Origin: Dehalococcoidia bacterium
Lineage (GTDB): Bacteria > Chloroflexota > Dehalococcoidia > UBA2979
Direction of reading: 5' to 3'
Length of the DNA: 64,000 nucleotides
Assembly: GCA_009379925.1 (NCBI GenBank)
Contig: WHSU01000006.1
Span: forward strand, 32,077-96,076
How positions within the stretch are numbered: position 1 is the stretch's first letter; each line of letters opens with the position of its first letter. The notes under the pieces are model-generated. The model saw only the letters and a program-made list of their open reading frames with translations. It was not told where the DNA came from and searched no databases. Shown here piece by piece: positions 48,128 to 56,762 of the stretch. The translations under genes were made by a program, and so were the position numbers.

Positions 48128-49021
48128 TCAGGTTTCGAGGCCGCTCCGGTCCCAACGCCCGAGTTCCGCCACAGCCTCATAGGTACTCTGGAGAAACGCC
48201 ATCAGGGCTGCGTCGGGGTCTCCTGCCGTGCGCACCGACTCGTGCGGGAGGAGGAACTCCCGAAGGTCCGGGTCGTAGTGGGCATCGCGCGGACTCACCG
48301 GCTGCGCGGCGAAGCCGTCGGGTGCGGGATAAGCATACGCGTAGAACGCGCCTTCAGCCGAACCACCCGGCCAAAAGCCGGCACTGGACAGTTCGTGTGA
48401 GTACGCCTGCTCCATGACCCAATCCGCCACGTTCGGGGAACCGCCGGGGTGCCGTGGCGCTGATCGCCCCGAAAACCGAGTGACAGCCAGGTCGAACGAG
48501 CCCCAGAAGAAATGCACCGGGCTGGCCTTGCCGATATACCGCGAGCGAAAATCCGTCATCACTCGATCAGCCTGTACCAGCTGCCGCCAGAAGCGGTGGG
48601 CGGCATCCGGATCGTAGGAAGCGTGCTGGTAGTCCTCGGCGAAGGGAATCGCCGGTTCCACCTCCACGGGGCGAGCCAGAATGTCGACGTGTATGCCGAG
48701 TTGGGCGAGGGCCGCCATGGTCTCTTCGTAGAACGTGGCGACGGGTTTCGGCTCCAGCGGAATCGAGCGCCGATCCGGGTCGCTCGTATCGATGTGCAGC
48801 TGGTGATCGCAGAAGTCGAAGTGCATCTCGAACGTGCGCGTCCCGAACGGCATCGGCGACGTGGTCAGGCCACGGGTGGACACGTACAGGGGCACCTGCC
48901 ACCAGTGATTGATCATGGGAGCGACCTCGAGGCGGATCTTCCCGATGATCTGGGTCCATATGTGGAGCGTGTCTCGGGTGTCTACCCACTCCTCCACCAA
49001 CAGTGCCGGCCAGCCACTCAT
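48128..49021 (-). CDS. DUF5996-family protein
   Basis: ATG 49021 follows GGGGAGGG. The sequence MSGWPALLVEEWVDTRDTLHIWTQIIGKIRLEVAPMINHWWQVPLYVSTRGLTTSPMP matches my memory of this family. Confidence 0.65.
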   Translation of the reverse strand: MSGWPALLVEEWVDTRDTLHIWTQIIGKIRLEVAPMINHWWQVPLYVSTRGLTTSPMPFGTRTFEMHFDFCDHQLHIDTSDPDRRSIPLEPKPVATFYEETMAALAQLGIHVDILARPVEVEPAIPFAEDYQHASYDPDAAHRFWRQLVQADRVMTDFRSRYIGKASPVHFFWGSFDLAVTRFSGRSAPRHPGGSPNVADWVMEQAYSHELSSAGFWPGGSAEGAFYAYAYPAPDGFAAQPVSPRDAHYDPDLREFLLPHESVRTAGDPDAALMAFLQSTYEAVAELGRWDRSGLET

Positions 49022-49115
49022 GTGTACCCTCCCCTCGCGAGACATCGTAGGCGACCAGGGGAGGCGGCTCCTACGTAAGGCGAGGCGCTCCGGCCAATCC
49101 ACCTCGACGGTCGTG

Positions 49116-49859
49116 CTATGAAGACGGGCGCCGGTCGACCGGCAGCCACAGGCGGCGCTCCTCCTTCGACCGCGCCGTGCGCAGCACTGGCTCCCCCTCC
49201 TCGACGCGCGGGCGGATCCAGTCGAACGTCTCCACCTGGTCGTCGCGGTCCAGTTCTTCGCCGTCCTCGTTGAGGATGCGCTCGATGGGCGTCGCCGCGC
49301 GGATCTGCCCCGCCGTCACACGCCCGCCGAGGTCACGCAGGCCGCGCAGCCAGACGAAGCGGCCGTCCTTGCCGCCGCCTCGGAGTCCCGCCGCCGCCAG
49401 CGCGCCGACCATCCCGGCTCGCTTCGCCCCCAGGCCGCGCACGAGCACGTTGGACTCGGCCGCGTACTGCTCGGCGTCCTGCAAACGGAGCAGTTCCTGC
49501 TGGGCGCGGCGCCCGAAGGCGAGCGCATGCGGCATGTCGGAGTGCCTCGACAGGATCGCCACGCCGGGGTCGGCAGCGCGTTCGGCACGCTCGCGGACGA
49601 AGTCCACGGCGAGGTCCTCGACATCGAGGACGGAACGGTCGGTCTCGATGGCGAGTGCGTAGCACGCGTTCTTGCCCGTGGCCGGGACCTTGGGGCTCGG
49701 CCACAGTTCGTGGCGCGTGACGCCCAGCGCCTCGCCGAAGCCCTCCGCGTCCACCCGCTCGGCCAGCGCCCGCATCAACTCGCTGGTGCTGCCGGCCTCC
49801 GGCGTATCGGTGTCGTCCACCCCGATGACGTAGCGTTCGCGGATGTTTCCGCCGACCAT
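49116..49859 (-). CDS. Hypothetical protein resembling the TiaS N-terminal kinase-like (DUF1743) domain
   Basis: YVIGVDDTDTPEAGSTSEL parallels TiaS hIGIDDTDS. HELWPSPKVPATGKNACYAL and KRAGMVGALAAAGL parallel TiaS RLNPxIPxKTRGNGA and GRGLIGALAAVG. The comparison is from memory. Confidence 0.4.
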   Translation of the reverse strand: MVGGNIRERYVIGVDDTDTPEAGSTSELMRALAERVDAEGFGEALGVTRHELWPSPKVPATGKNACYALAIETDRSVLDVEDLAVDFVRERAERAADPGVAILSRHSDMPHALAFGRRAQQELLRLQDAEQYAAESNVLVRGLGAKRAGMVGALAAAGLRGGGKDGRFVWLRGLRDLGGRVTAGQIRAATPIERILNEDGEELDRDDQVETFDWIRPRVEEGEPVLRTARSKEERRLWLPVDRRPSS

Positions 49860-49998
49860 GCGCCCTCCCCTCGACCGTCCGGGACTCTACCGCACCGCGT
49901 CCGCACAGGCATCGAGGTGCGGGGGCGACCGTTGCCACGCCCCAGCCACCGAGGTGTCACCAACACGCCCTTCGACAAGCTCCGGGAACGGATTCTTT

Positions 49999-50061
49999 GT
50001 AGGGGCGCAAGGCTTTGCGCCCCTCCATGCGCCGATGGGGCGCAAAGCCTTGCGCCCCTAC
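49999..50061. repeat. REP doublet (REPIN-like): two inverted 25-nt GTAG-headed palindromic units
   Basis: GTAGGGGCGCAAGGCTTTGCGCCCC lies at 49999-50023. Its exact reverse complement lies at 50037-50061. Each unit is itself a 9-bp hairpin (GGGGCGCAA/TTGCGCCCC). Confidence 0.75.
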
Positions 50062-50084
50062 GCCGGAACCGGAACCAGGACCGC

Positions 50085-50447
50085 CTACCCCAACCCCAGC
50101 GCCTCCAGGCGTTCGTCGTCGATGCCGAAGTGGTGCGCCAGTTCGTGGATCACCGTCGTGCGCACCTCGCGGGGGATATCTCGAGGGTGGAAGTGGCGCT
50201 CGAGGGGTCCCTGGTAGATCAGGATCTGGTCGGGCAGCGTCATGTGGTAGCCCGCCCGGTCGACCAGCGGTGTGCCGATGTAGAGGCCGAACAGGGTGCC
50301 GGCCGGGTCATGGTCGCCCGAGCGTAGTTCTTCGGGCGTCGGTTCACGACGGATCACCACTTCCACGTTGTCGAGGTAGTCGGCGAACTCCGGAGGGAGG
50401 TCGCGCAGCGCGCGTTGCACCAGTCGCCGGAAGCGGTCGCGGTCCAT
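50085..50447 (-). CDS. Zinicin-like metallopeptidase-family protein (DUF1025-like)
   Basis: 120 aa with a C-terminal HELAHHFG zinc-binding motif. The N-terminus F..LV..AL..LP..F is typical of the family. Confidence 0.8.
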   Translation of the reverse strand: MDRDRFRRLVQRALRDLPPEFADYLDNVEVVIRREPTPEELRSGDHDPAGTLFGLYIGTPLVDRAGYHMTLPDQILIYQGPLERHFHPRDIPREVRTTVIHELAHHFGIDDERLEALGLG

Positions 50448-50748
50448 GATGACGCGGCGCCCTCAGCCGGCGTGGGATCGCGGCCGGCCGTCGTCGCCCG
50501 CGGCGGCCGGACACAGCCCCCGCCACCCGAGGTGGGACGGGCTGTGCTGAGCGGTGTCGTGTTGAGCGGTGACGTGTGAGCGTTGCATCGCCGGCCAGTG
50601 TACACGGCGCCCCGTCGCGACCCCGCCGCCCTCGAACCCCGGCCGCTGGCGCGCGCGGGCGGCCTGCCGATGATTGGCATAGGGGTTCCCCCTACATCGG
50701 GCCGTCAACGCCCATCCAGCCGACCGTGCCGCGCGGCGAGGAGCGCTC

Positions 50749-51204
50749 GTGATCGACGCACTGCGACGATCCCTTCGCCGCTGGCAACCCGATCCCCTCC
50801 GTCGCCGCGTGGAAGAGTCGATCCGCAACGGCACCGGCTTCTCGCGCGGCGAATGGCTGCTGGACGGCGCGCTGGACGAGGCCGACCTCGACCAACTCGC
50901 GGCGGAGATGGTGGCGTGGTGCCGTGAGCGGATCGCGTCCGCGCGACGCCCGTACGGCATCGACCAGCTCTCCCTGGCCGTGGCCTGCGCCGAGCCGGGC
51001 AGACAGCCGTTCGCGTCGACGACCTTCGGCGTGTTTCGGCCACTGGAGTTCTACGCCGACGGCGGTGTCGCCGAGCGGCTGCGGCAGTTCGTCTCGAGCC
51101 TGCGCATCACCGACCTCAACCGTCGCGGCGCCGAGGTGCGCGTGGCCGCGGCGCTCTTCTCCTGGGGCGACGTGGCGCGCGCGACGATCTTCGCCGACGA
51201 ATAG
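50749..51204 (+). CDS. Hypothetical protein (151 aa)
   Basis: GTG start follows GAGGAGCG. GC3 is high throughout. I recognise no family. Confidence 0.45.
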   Translation: MIDALRRSLRRWQPDPLRRRVEESIRNGTGFSRGEWLLDGALDEADLDQLAAEMVAWCRERIASARRPYGIDQLSLAVACAEPGRQPFASTTFGVFRPLEFYADGGVAERLRQFVSSLRITDLNRRGAEVRVAAALFSWGDVARATIFADE

Positions 51205-51359
51205 CGGTCCGCTCACCCTTCGACGGGCTCAGGCCGAGCGCAACGCTTGCGCACCGATGCACCCGTACCTCGGGCCTCGCCTCTGATGGCTCGCTGACTT
51301 CGGCACGCCAATCGCGGCCCTCGTTGACCGCCCGGCTCGCACGCCGGGACAATCAGTCG

Positions 51360-52577
51360 ATGCCCGTGCGCGCCCTGCTGTCGATGCTGCTCGTCTCGCT
51401 CCTCGCCGGCGCGCTCACCGGTTGCCGCGAGGAGCGCGAACCCGTGGCCAGCTATCAACCGGTGCCGCGCGAGACGCAGGGGGAACCGCGGGGCTTCCTG
51501 CTCGGCTTCTCCTCGGTGCCGGCGGACCTGACGGACGAGGCGTACGTCGCCGCGTTCGACATGGCGGCGCAGTTCGGCGAGGTGCTGCTGATCCAGCGGC
51601 CGCCCTCCTGGGAGCACTTCCTCTCGGGCGGCCAGGTCACGGATGTCTTCCGTGACAGCGTGGTGGCAGAACGGAACGCCGCCGACGCGCGCGGCCTGCG
51701 CCTCATGGTGGCCCTCGACCCCTTCGACCCCAACGACCGCGGCCGCCTGCGCGGGCTGCCGGAGAGCCACGTGGACCGCGACCTGGCCGACCCCGAGGTG
51801 CGCCAGGCGTTCCTCAACGAGGCGGTCTTCATCGCGCGCAATCAACAGCCGGCGTTCTTCGCACTCGGCAGCGAGGTGAACACGGTCTTCGAGCGCGACC
51901 CGTCGGCCTACGCGAACTTCGTGACGCTGTACACGGAGACCTATCGCGCCGTGAAGGCGGCCTCGCCCGACACGAAGGTCTTCGTCACGTTCCAGTACGA
52001 GGAACTGCTGGGCGTGATCCCCTGGCAACCGCCGCACGCCCCTCGATGGGAGCTGATCGAGGGCTACGGGACGCAGCTCGACCTCTTCGCCATCACCTCG
52101 TACCCGTCGTTCGCCTATTCCGTCGCCCGCAAGGTGCCGCCCCGCTACTACGAGCAGATCCAGGAGCACACGGACCTGCCGATCGCCTTCGCGTCCGTCG
52201 GGTACGCTTCGGAGCCGGGGCGCGAGGGGCTGAACTCCTCGACGGCGCCCGAGCAACGGCGCTTCCTGCAACGGCTGCTGGAGGACGTGGAGCGGCTGGG
52301 TTCGCCGCTGCTCGTCTGGTTCGCCGCGCGCGACCTCCGCTTCGCCTCGGAGCCACCGTACGACCTGCTGGCGAGCATCGGCCTGCGCGACGGCGACGGC
52401 GCACCGAAGGAGGCGTGGCCGGCGTGGGAGCAGGCGGCGCTGCGCCCATTCGACCCGGAGGCCGGCGTCAGCGCCAGCATCTCATCGGACGACCGGATGC
52501 CCCCGGCGGAAGCGACCGCGACGCCAATCGGCGAGGCGGAGGGCGCCGAGGAGCCGGCGACGCCGGAGGGCGATTAG
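51360..52577 (+). CDS. Lipoprotein, possibly TIM-barrel glycosidase-like (uncertain)
   Basis: The lipobox reads MPVRALLSMLLVSLLAGALTGC. An FFALGSEVN segment is reminiscent of the clan-A GH acid/base motif. Beyond the lipoprotein call this assignment is weak. Confidence 0.55.
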   Translation: MPVRALLSMLLVSLLAGALTGCREEREPVASYQPVPRETQGEPRGFLLGFSSVPADLTDEAYVAAFDMAAQFGEVLLIQRPPSWEHFLSGGQVTDVFRDSVVAERNAADARGLRLMVALDPFDPNDRGRLRGLPESHVDRDLADPEVRQAFLNEAVFIARNQQPAFFALGSEVNTVFERDPSAYANFVTLYTETYRAVKAASPDTKVFVTFQYEELLGVIPWQPPHAPRWELIEGYGTQLDLFAITSYPSFAYSVARKVPPRYYEQIQEHTDLPIAFASVGYASEPGREGLNSSTAPEQRRFLQRLLEDVERLGSPLLVWFAARDLRFASEPPYDLLASIGLRDGDGAPKEAWPAWEQAALRPFDPEAGVSASISSDDRMPPAEATATPIGEAEGAEEPATPEGD

Positions 52578-52586
52578 CAAGCGCGC

Positions 52587-53750
52587 CTACGGGTAGACCA
52601 GGTTCCGGTCCAGTAGCGCCCGCGCGATGATCACGCGCTGCACCTCCGAGGTGCCTTCCACGATCATCAACTGGCGGGCGTCGCGGTAGTGACGCTCCAG
52701 CGGGTGGTCCATCATGTAGCCCTGCCCGCCCAGCACCTGGAGCGCTTCCGAGGCGACACGGTTGGCCATCTCAGTGGCGTACGCCTTCGCGACCGAGAGG
52801 TAGTGCGCCTTCGAGGGGCCGAAGTCCGGCTGGTCCACCATCCACGAGCCCTGGTAGACCAGCAGCCGCGCGGCCTCGATGTCGATGGCCATCTCCGCGA
52901 ACTTCATCTGGATCGCCTGCAGGTCCGCGATCGGCCCGCCGAAGGCGCGGCGCTGCCGCGCGAAATCGAGTGCGTACGTCAGCGCACCCTCGGCGAGGCC
53001 CACGCCGCGCGCGCCGACGACCGGGCGGAGCGAGTTCAGCGTGGTCAGCGGGCCCTTCATGCCCATGCCCTCTTCGAGGCCGACCAGCCGGTCGCGCGGC
53101 ACCCGCACCTGGTCGAACGTCAGCACGCCGGTGGGGACGCCTCGGACGCCCATCTTGCGGTCCACGGAGGTGACCTCGAAGCCGGGCATGTCGGTGTCGA
53201 CGACGAAGGCATTGAGGGAGCGCGGGTTGTCGGCCTCGGTCTTCGCGAAGACGACGACCTGGTCCGCGATCGGACCGCCTGAGATGAAGCACTTCTGCCC
53301 GGTGATCACGTAGTCGTCGCCGTCCCGGACGGCGCGCGTCTTCAGCCCGGCGACATCCGAGCCGGCATCCGGCTCCGTCAGGCAGAACGCACCCTTGCGT
53401 TCCCCTCGGGCGATCGGGCCGATGAAGTCCTGTTGCTGCTGTTCGGTACCGAAGAACTTGATCGTGTGCGTCGAGAGCGAGGACAGGAGGAGCATCAGCC
53501 CGGCCGAGCAGTCGTACTTGGACACCTCCTCGACGGCCAGAGTGAGCGCCAGCGTGCCCGCGTCCGCGCCGCCCACGGCCTTCGGCAGGGTGATGCCCAG
53601 GAGGTCCGCGCGCTTGAACGCCTGGAAGTAGTCCTCCGGGTACTCGCCACTCTCGTCCACGTCGGCGGCACGGGGCTTCACCACCTCCTGCGCCACGCGG
53701 CGGGCGGACTGCTGGATCAACTGGTCGGCTTCGGAGAGGAGGAATTCCAT
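52587..53750 (-). CDS. Acyl-CoA dehydrogenase
   Basis: ATG 53750. Sequence: GAFCLTEPDAGSDVAGLKTRA...ITGQKCFISGG...QVLGGQGYMMDHPLERHYRDARQLMIVEGTSEVQ. Confidence 0.9.
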   Translation of the reverse strand: MEFLLSEADQLIQQSARRVAQEVVKPRAADVDESGEYPEDYFQAFKRADLLGITLPKAVGGADAGTLALTLAVEEVSKYDCSAGLMLLLSSLSTHTIKFFGTEQQQQDFIGPIARGERKGAFCLTEPDAGSDVAGLKTRAVRDGDDYVITGQKCFISGGPIADQVVVFAKTEADNPRSLNAFVVDTDMPGFEVTSVDRKMGVRGVPTGVLTFDQVRVPRDRLVGLEEGMGMKGPLTTLNSLRPVVGARGVGLAEGALTYALDFARQRRAFGGPIADLQAIQMKFAEMAIDIEAARLLVYQGSWMVDQPDFGPSKAHYLSVAKAYATEMANRVASEALQVLGGQGYMMDHPLERHYRDARQLMIVEGTSEVQRVIIARALLDRNLVYP

Positions 53751-53892
53751 CGGTTCGGCTCCGGTCGGCGGACGCGGCGGGGTGGGCGCTCGACGGCCAC
53801 GGGCCAGCATCGAGGCCGCTGGAGAGCCCACGGGATCGCGCGACTAGAGGTGAGGCCTCGACGGGGCTCCTACTCTGGATGGGGAGGCCGCC

Positions 53893-55335
53893 ATGGCGCG
53901 CATCGGGCAGGTCTACGTCCAGTCGCAGCCGCTGTCGCGCTTCGAAGCGCTGGTCGGCGCCGAACGCATGCGGCAGCTCGAGGAGCGGGCACTCCAGGTC
54001 CGCGAGCGCCTGGGCGCCCGCACGGTCTGGAACATCAACTCCACCGCCAGCGGCGGGGGCGTGGCGGAGATGCTCGCCTCCCTGCTCGGCTACGTGCGTG
54101 ACACGGGCATCGATGTGCGCTGGGCGGTCATCGAGGGCACGCCGGAGTTCTTCAGCATCACCAAGCGCCTGCACCACGCGCTCCACGGCTCGCGCGGCGA
54201 CGGCTCGCCGCTGGGCGACGTGGAGCGTGCGATCTACGACCTGGTGATGCAGGAGAACGCCGACGAACTCATACGCGTCGTCCGCCCCGGCGACGCCGTC
54301 ATCCTCCACGACCCTCAGACGGCTGGGCTGGCGCCCCGGCTGATCGAGCACGGCGCCTTCGTGTTGTGGCGCTGCCACATTGGCGACGAGCACCGGAACG
54401 ACGACACGGAGCGTGGCTGGGCGTTCCTCCTCCCGTACCTGGCTCAGGTGCCGATCTCGATCTTCAGCCGCCGCGCCTATGTCCCCGGGGCGCTCGATGG
54501 GGAACAGACGCTCATCGTGCCGCCCTCGATCGACCCGTTCTCGGCCAAGAGCGAGTTCCTGGACCATGCCACGCAGCGCGCGATCCTCGCCCGCGCGGGC
54601 CTGGTCGGGGGCCCGGCGGCGGAGGGGTCGGTGACGTTCGCCGGGATAGATGGGACGCCTCGAACGGTGGACCGGGCCGCACACGTGGAGCGCGAGGGGG
54701 CGCCGCCGGCCTGGGAGACGCCCCTGGTGGTGCAGGTGTCGAGGTGGGACCCGCTGAAAGACCCGGTGGGCGTGATGCTCGGCTTCGCCGACCTGCCCCT
54801 CGAAGGCCTGGCGGCCGAGGCAGAACTGGTGCTGGCAGGGCCGGAGGTGACCGGCGTCACCGACGACCCGGAAGCCGGTCACGTCTTCGAGGAGACGCTG
54901 GTGCGCTGGCGCGACCTTCCGGACCACGTACGACGGCGCGTGCACCTCGCCGCCCTGCCCATGGCGGACACCGTAGAGAACGCCAGCATCGTGAACGCGC
55001 TGCAGGGCCACGCCGCCGTGGTGGTGCAGAAGAGCCTGCGCGAAGGCTTCGGGCTCACCGTCACCGAGGCGATGTGGAAGGCCCGGCCGGTGGTGGCGAG
55101 CGCCACGGGCGGCATCCAGGACCAGATCGAAGACGGTGTCCACGGCCTGCTGGTGCACGACCCACGCGACCTCGGCGCCTACACCGAGGCGCTGCAGCGC
55201 CTGCTCGAAGACCGCCGGCTGGCGGAGCGCCTGGGCGAGGCCGCCCACGAGCGCGTCCGCGACCGCTTCCTCCCGCTGCGCCACCTGGAGCAGTACGCGG
55301 ACCTCATCGAGTGCTGCTTGCCGGACGCGGGCTAG
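53893..55335 (+). CDS. GT4-family glycosyltransferase, TreT-like (trehalose synthase-like)
   Basis: The N-terminal NINSTASGGGVAEMLASLLGY is typical of TreT-type enzymes. The C-terminal GT1 motif is SLREGFGLTVTEAMWKARPVVASATGGIQDQIEDGVHGLLV. Confidence 0.7.
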   Translation: MARIGQVYVQSQPLSRFEALVGAERMRQLEERALQVRERLGARTVWNINSTASGGGVAEMLASLLGYVRDTGIDVRWAVIEGTPEFFSITKRLHHALHGSRGDGSPLGDVERAIYDLVMQENADELIRVVRPGDAVILHDPQTAGLAPRLIEHGAFVLWRCHIGDEHRNDDTERGWAFLLPYLAQVPISIFSRRAYVPGALDGEQTLIVPPSIDPFSAKSEFLDHATQRAILARAGLVGGPAAEGSVTFAGIDGTPRTVDRAAHVEREGAPPAWETPLVVQVSRWDPLKDPVGVMLGFADLPLEGLAAEAELVLAGPEVTGVTDDPEAGHVFEETLVRWRDLPDHVRRRVHLAALPMADTVENASIVNALQGHAAVVVQKSLREGFGLTVTEAMWKARPVVASATGGIQDQIEDGVHGLLVHDPRDLGAYTEALQRLLEDRRLAERLGEAAHERVRDRFLPLRHLEQYADLIECCLPDAG

Positions 55336-55745
55336 GCCGGAGGCAGCACCTCTAGCCCCTCGATCCGCGCGAAGTCCCCTCGGTCATTGGTGAGCACCGG
55401 GCAGCCGTACACGAGCGCGGTCGCTGCCACCCAGGCATCGGCAACCCCGATACGGGAGCCGGCGCGCTCCTGGCGATGACAGAGGTCGACCCAGGCGTTC
55501 AGGACCTCCTCGGTCGGTGAGACGACATACATTCGCTCCAGCATCCCCTCCATCTCGCGCCTCCGCTGGTTGCCCCAATTGCGGCGAAGTGCCATGAGTC
55601 GTAACTCGGCGACCGTCTGGAAAGAGATGAGTAACGTGGCGTCGAGCAGGAAGGGGGTGAATCTGCTCGCCAGCGTGTGCTGGTTTAGCTGGTAGATGAT
55701 TGGGTTCGCGTCCACCACCAGGAGTCGCGGGTCGGGTGCGATCAT
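55332..55745 (-). CDS. vapC: PIN-domain toxin, VapC family
   Basis: The acidic residues lie in VVDANPI, TVAELR, VADAWVAATAL and LTNDRGDF. By eye the local G+C is lower than the surroundings. Confidence 0.85.
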   Translation of the reverse strand: MIAPDPRLLVVDANPIIYQLNQHTLASRFTPFLLDATLLISFQTVAELRLMALRRNWGNQRRREMEGMLERMYVVSPTEEVLNAWVDLCHRQERAGSRIGVADAWVAATALVYGCPVLTNDRGDFARIEGLEVLPPA

Positions 55746-55747
55746 TC

Positions 55748-56164
55748 CTAGTTGCCGCGTCGGATGCGGCGCATCTCCTCAACAGCAGCCTCCGCCTCAT
55801 CGGGATCAGGATCCGAGAATGTCATCTCGCGGACTGAGGCGATGCGCCGGACTCCCTGCCTGCGAACCAGTTCTTCGGTCGACTGATGCCGACGGAACTC
55901 AGCCCACGAACGCTCTGGATCGAGCAGCAGCAATTGGTCGAGATGCAGGACGCTTGAGCGTGAGCGCGGGGAGCGTCCGAGTTCGCCCACCGCCATCACT
56001 CGCGCGCGAAGGCAATCGGCAACTTCCGAAGCGAGGGACTCTGGAAAGACGACCGCAGTCTTACGGTCGGAGTCATCCCAGATCTCTGCAGTCCTCCTGC
56101 GGAAGTTGGCCTCGGTCAGGCGGCCGGTGACCCGCACGACCTCGCGCTCTGGCTGGACGGTCAT
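55748..56164 (-). CDS. Putative cognate antitoxin of VapC (138 aa, atypically large, no recognised DNA-binding fold)
   Basis: ATG 56164 follows GAGGGAGG. The stop lies 2 nt before the vapC ATG. Sequence: MTVQPEREVVRVTGRLTEANFRRR... The assignment is positional only. Confidence 0.5.
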   Translation of the reverse strand: MTVQPEREVVRVTGRLTEANFRRRTAEIWDDSDRKTAVVFPESLASEVADCLRARVMAVGELGRSPRSRSSVLHLDQLLLLDPERSWAEFRRHQSTEELVRRQGVRRIASVREMTFSDPDPDEAEAAVEEMRRIRRGN

Positions 56165-56227
56165 CTGGCCTCCCTCAGAACACGTTAAGGATAGCGGGCC
56201 AGCGGCGCGCATGCTCCCCATAGGCCC

Positions 56228-56749
56228 TCAGCGCCCCTCCGCCCGCGCCTGCTCGATCACGCCCTGCACGAAGTCATCCTTCGCGACGCAGTACGCCAGC
56301 GTATCGTCTCGATGCTGCTCCGCCAGCTCGTGTTTGAGGCGCGCGTAGGCGTCGCGGGCATCCGCGTACGTCCGCAGGTAGTCGCGGAACAGCAGGTGGG
56401 CGGGCCACTGGCTCTCGCCGACGACGAAGAGGTGGACGTTCCGGCGCCGCGGGACGCCGTCGTTGAAGTAGTAGCGCAGCGGGATGCCGTTCTCACCTCG
56501 ATAACGCAGGCCGAGGCGTTCGAGAGGCTCGATGCAGCGCCGCGCATCCTCGTGGTTCGCCACGCCGGGCATCAGGTCGATCACCGGCTTCGCGTCGAGG
56601 CCCGGCACGGCCGTGCTCCCGATGTGCTCGACGGTGACGAGGAGGTCGCCACACGCGTCGCGCATCTCGGCGGCATACGCCTCGAAGGCGGCGGGCCACG
56701 CAGGATGGTACGGGACGACTTCGACCGTGCGTCGTGGTGATTCGGTCAT
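56228..56749 (-). CDS. GrpB-family (UPF0157) protein
   Basis: Sequence: VEVVPYHPAWPAAFE...VEHIGSTAVPGLDAKPVIDLM...HLFVV...FRDYLR. Confidence 0.85.
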   Translation of the reverse strand: MTESPRRTVEVVPYHPAWPAAFEAYAAEMRDACGDLLVTVEHIGSTAVPGLDAKPVIDLMPGVANHEDARRCIEPLERLGLRYRGENGIPLRYYFNDGVPRRRNVHLFVVGESQWPAHLLFRDYLRTYADARDAYARLKHELAEQHRDDTLAYCVAKDDFVQGVIEQARAEGR

Positions 56750-56762
56750 GGAGCCGGTGAGT

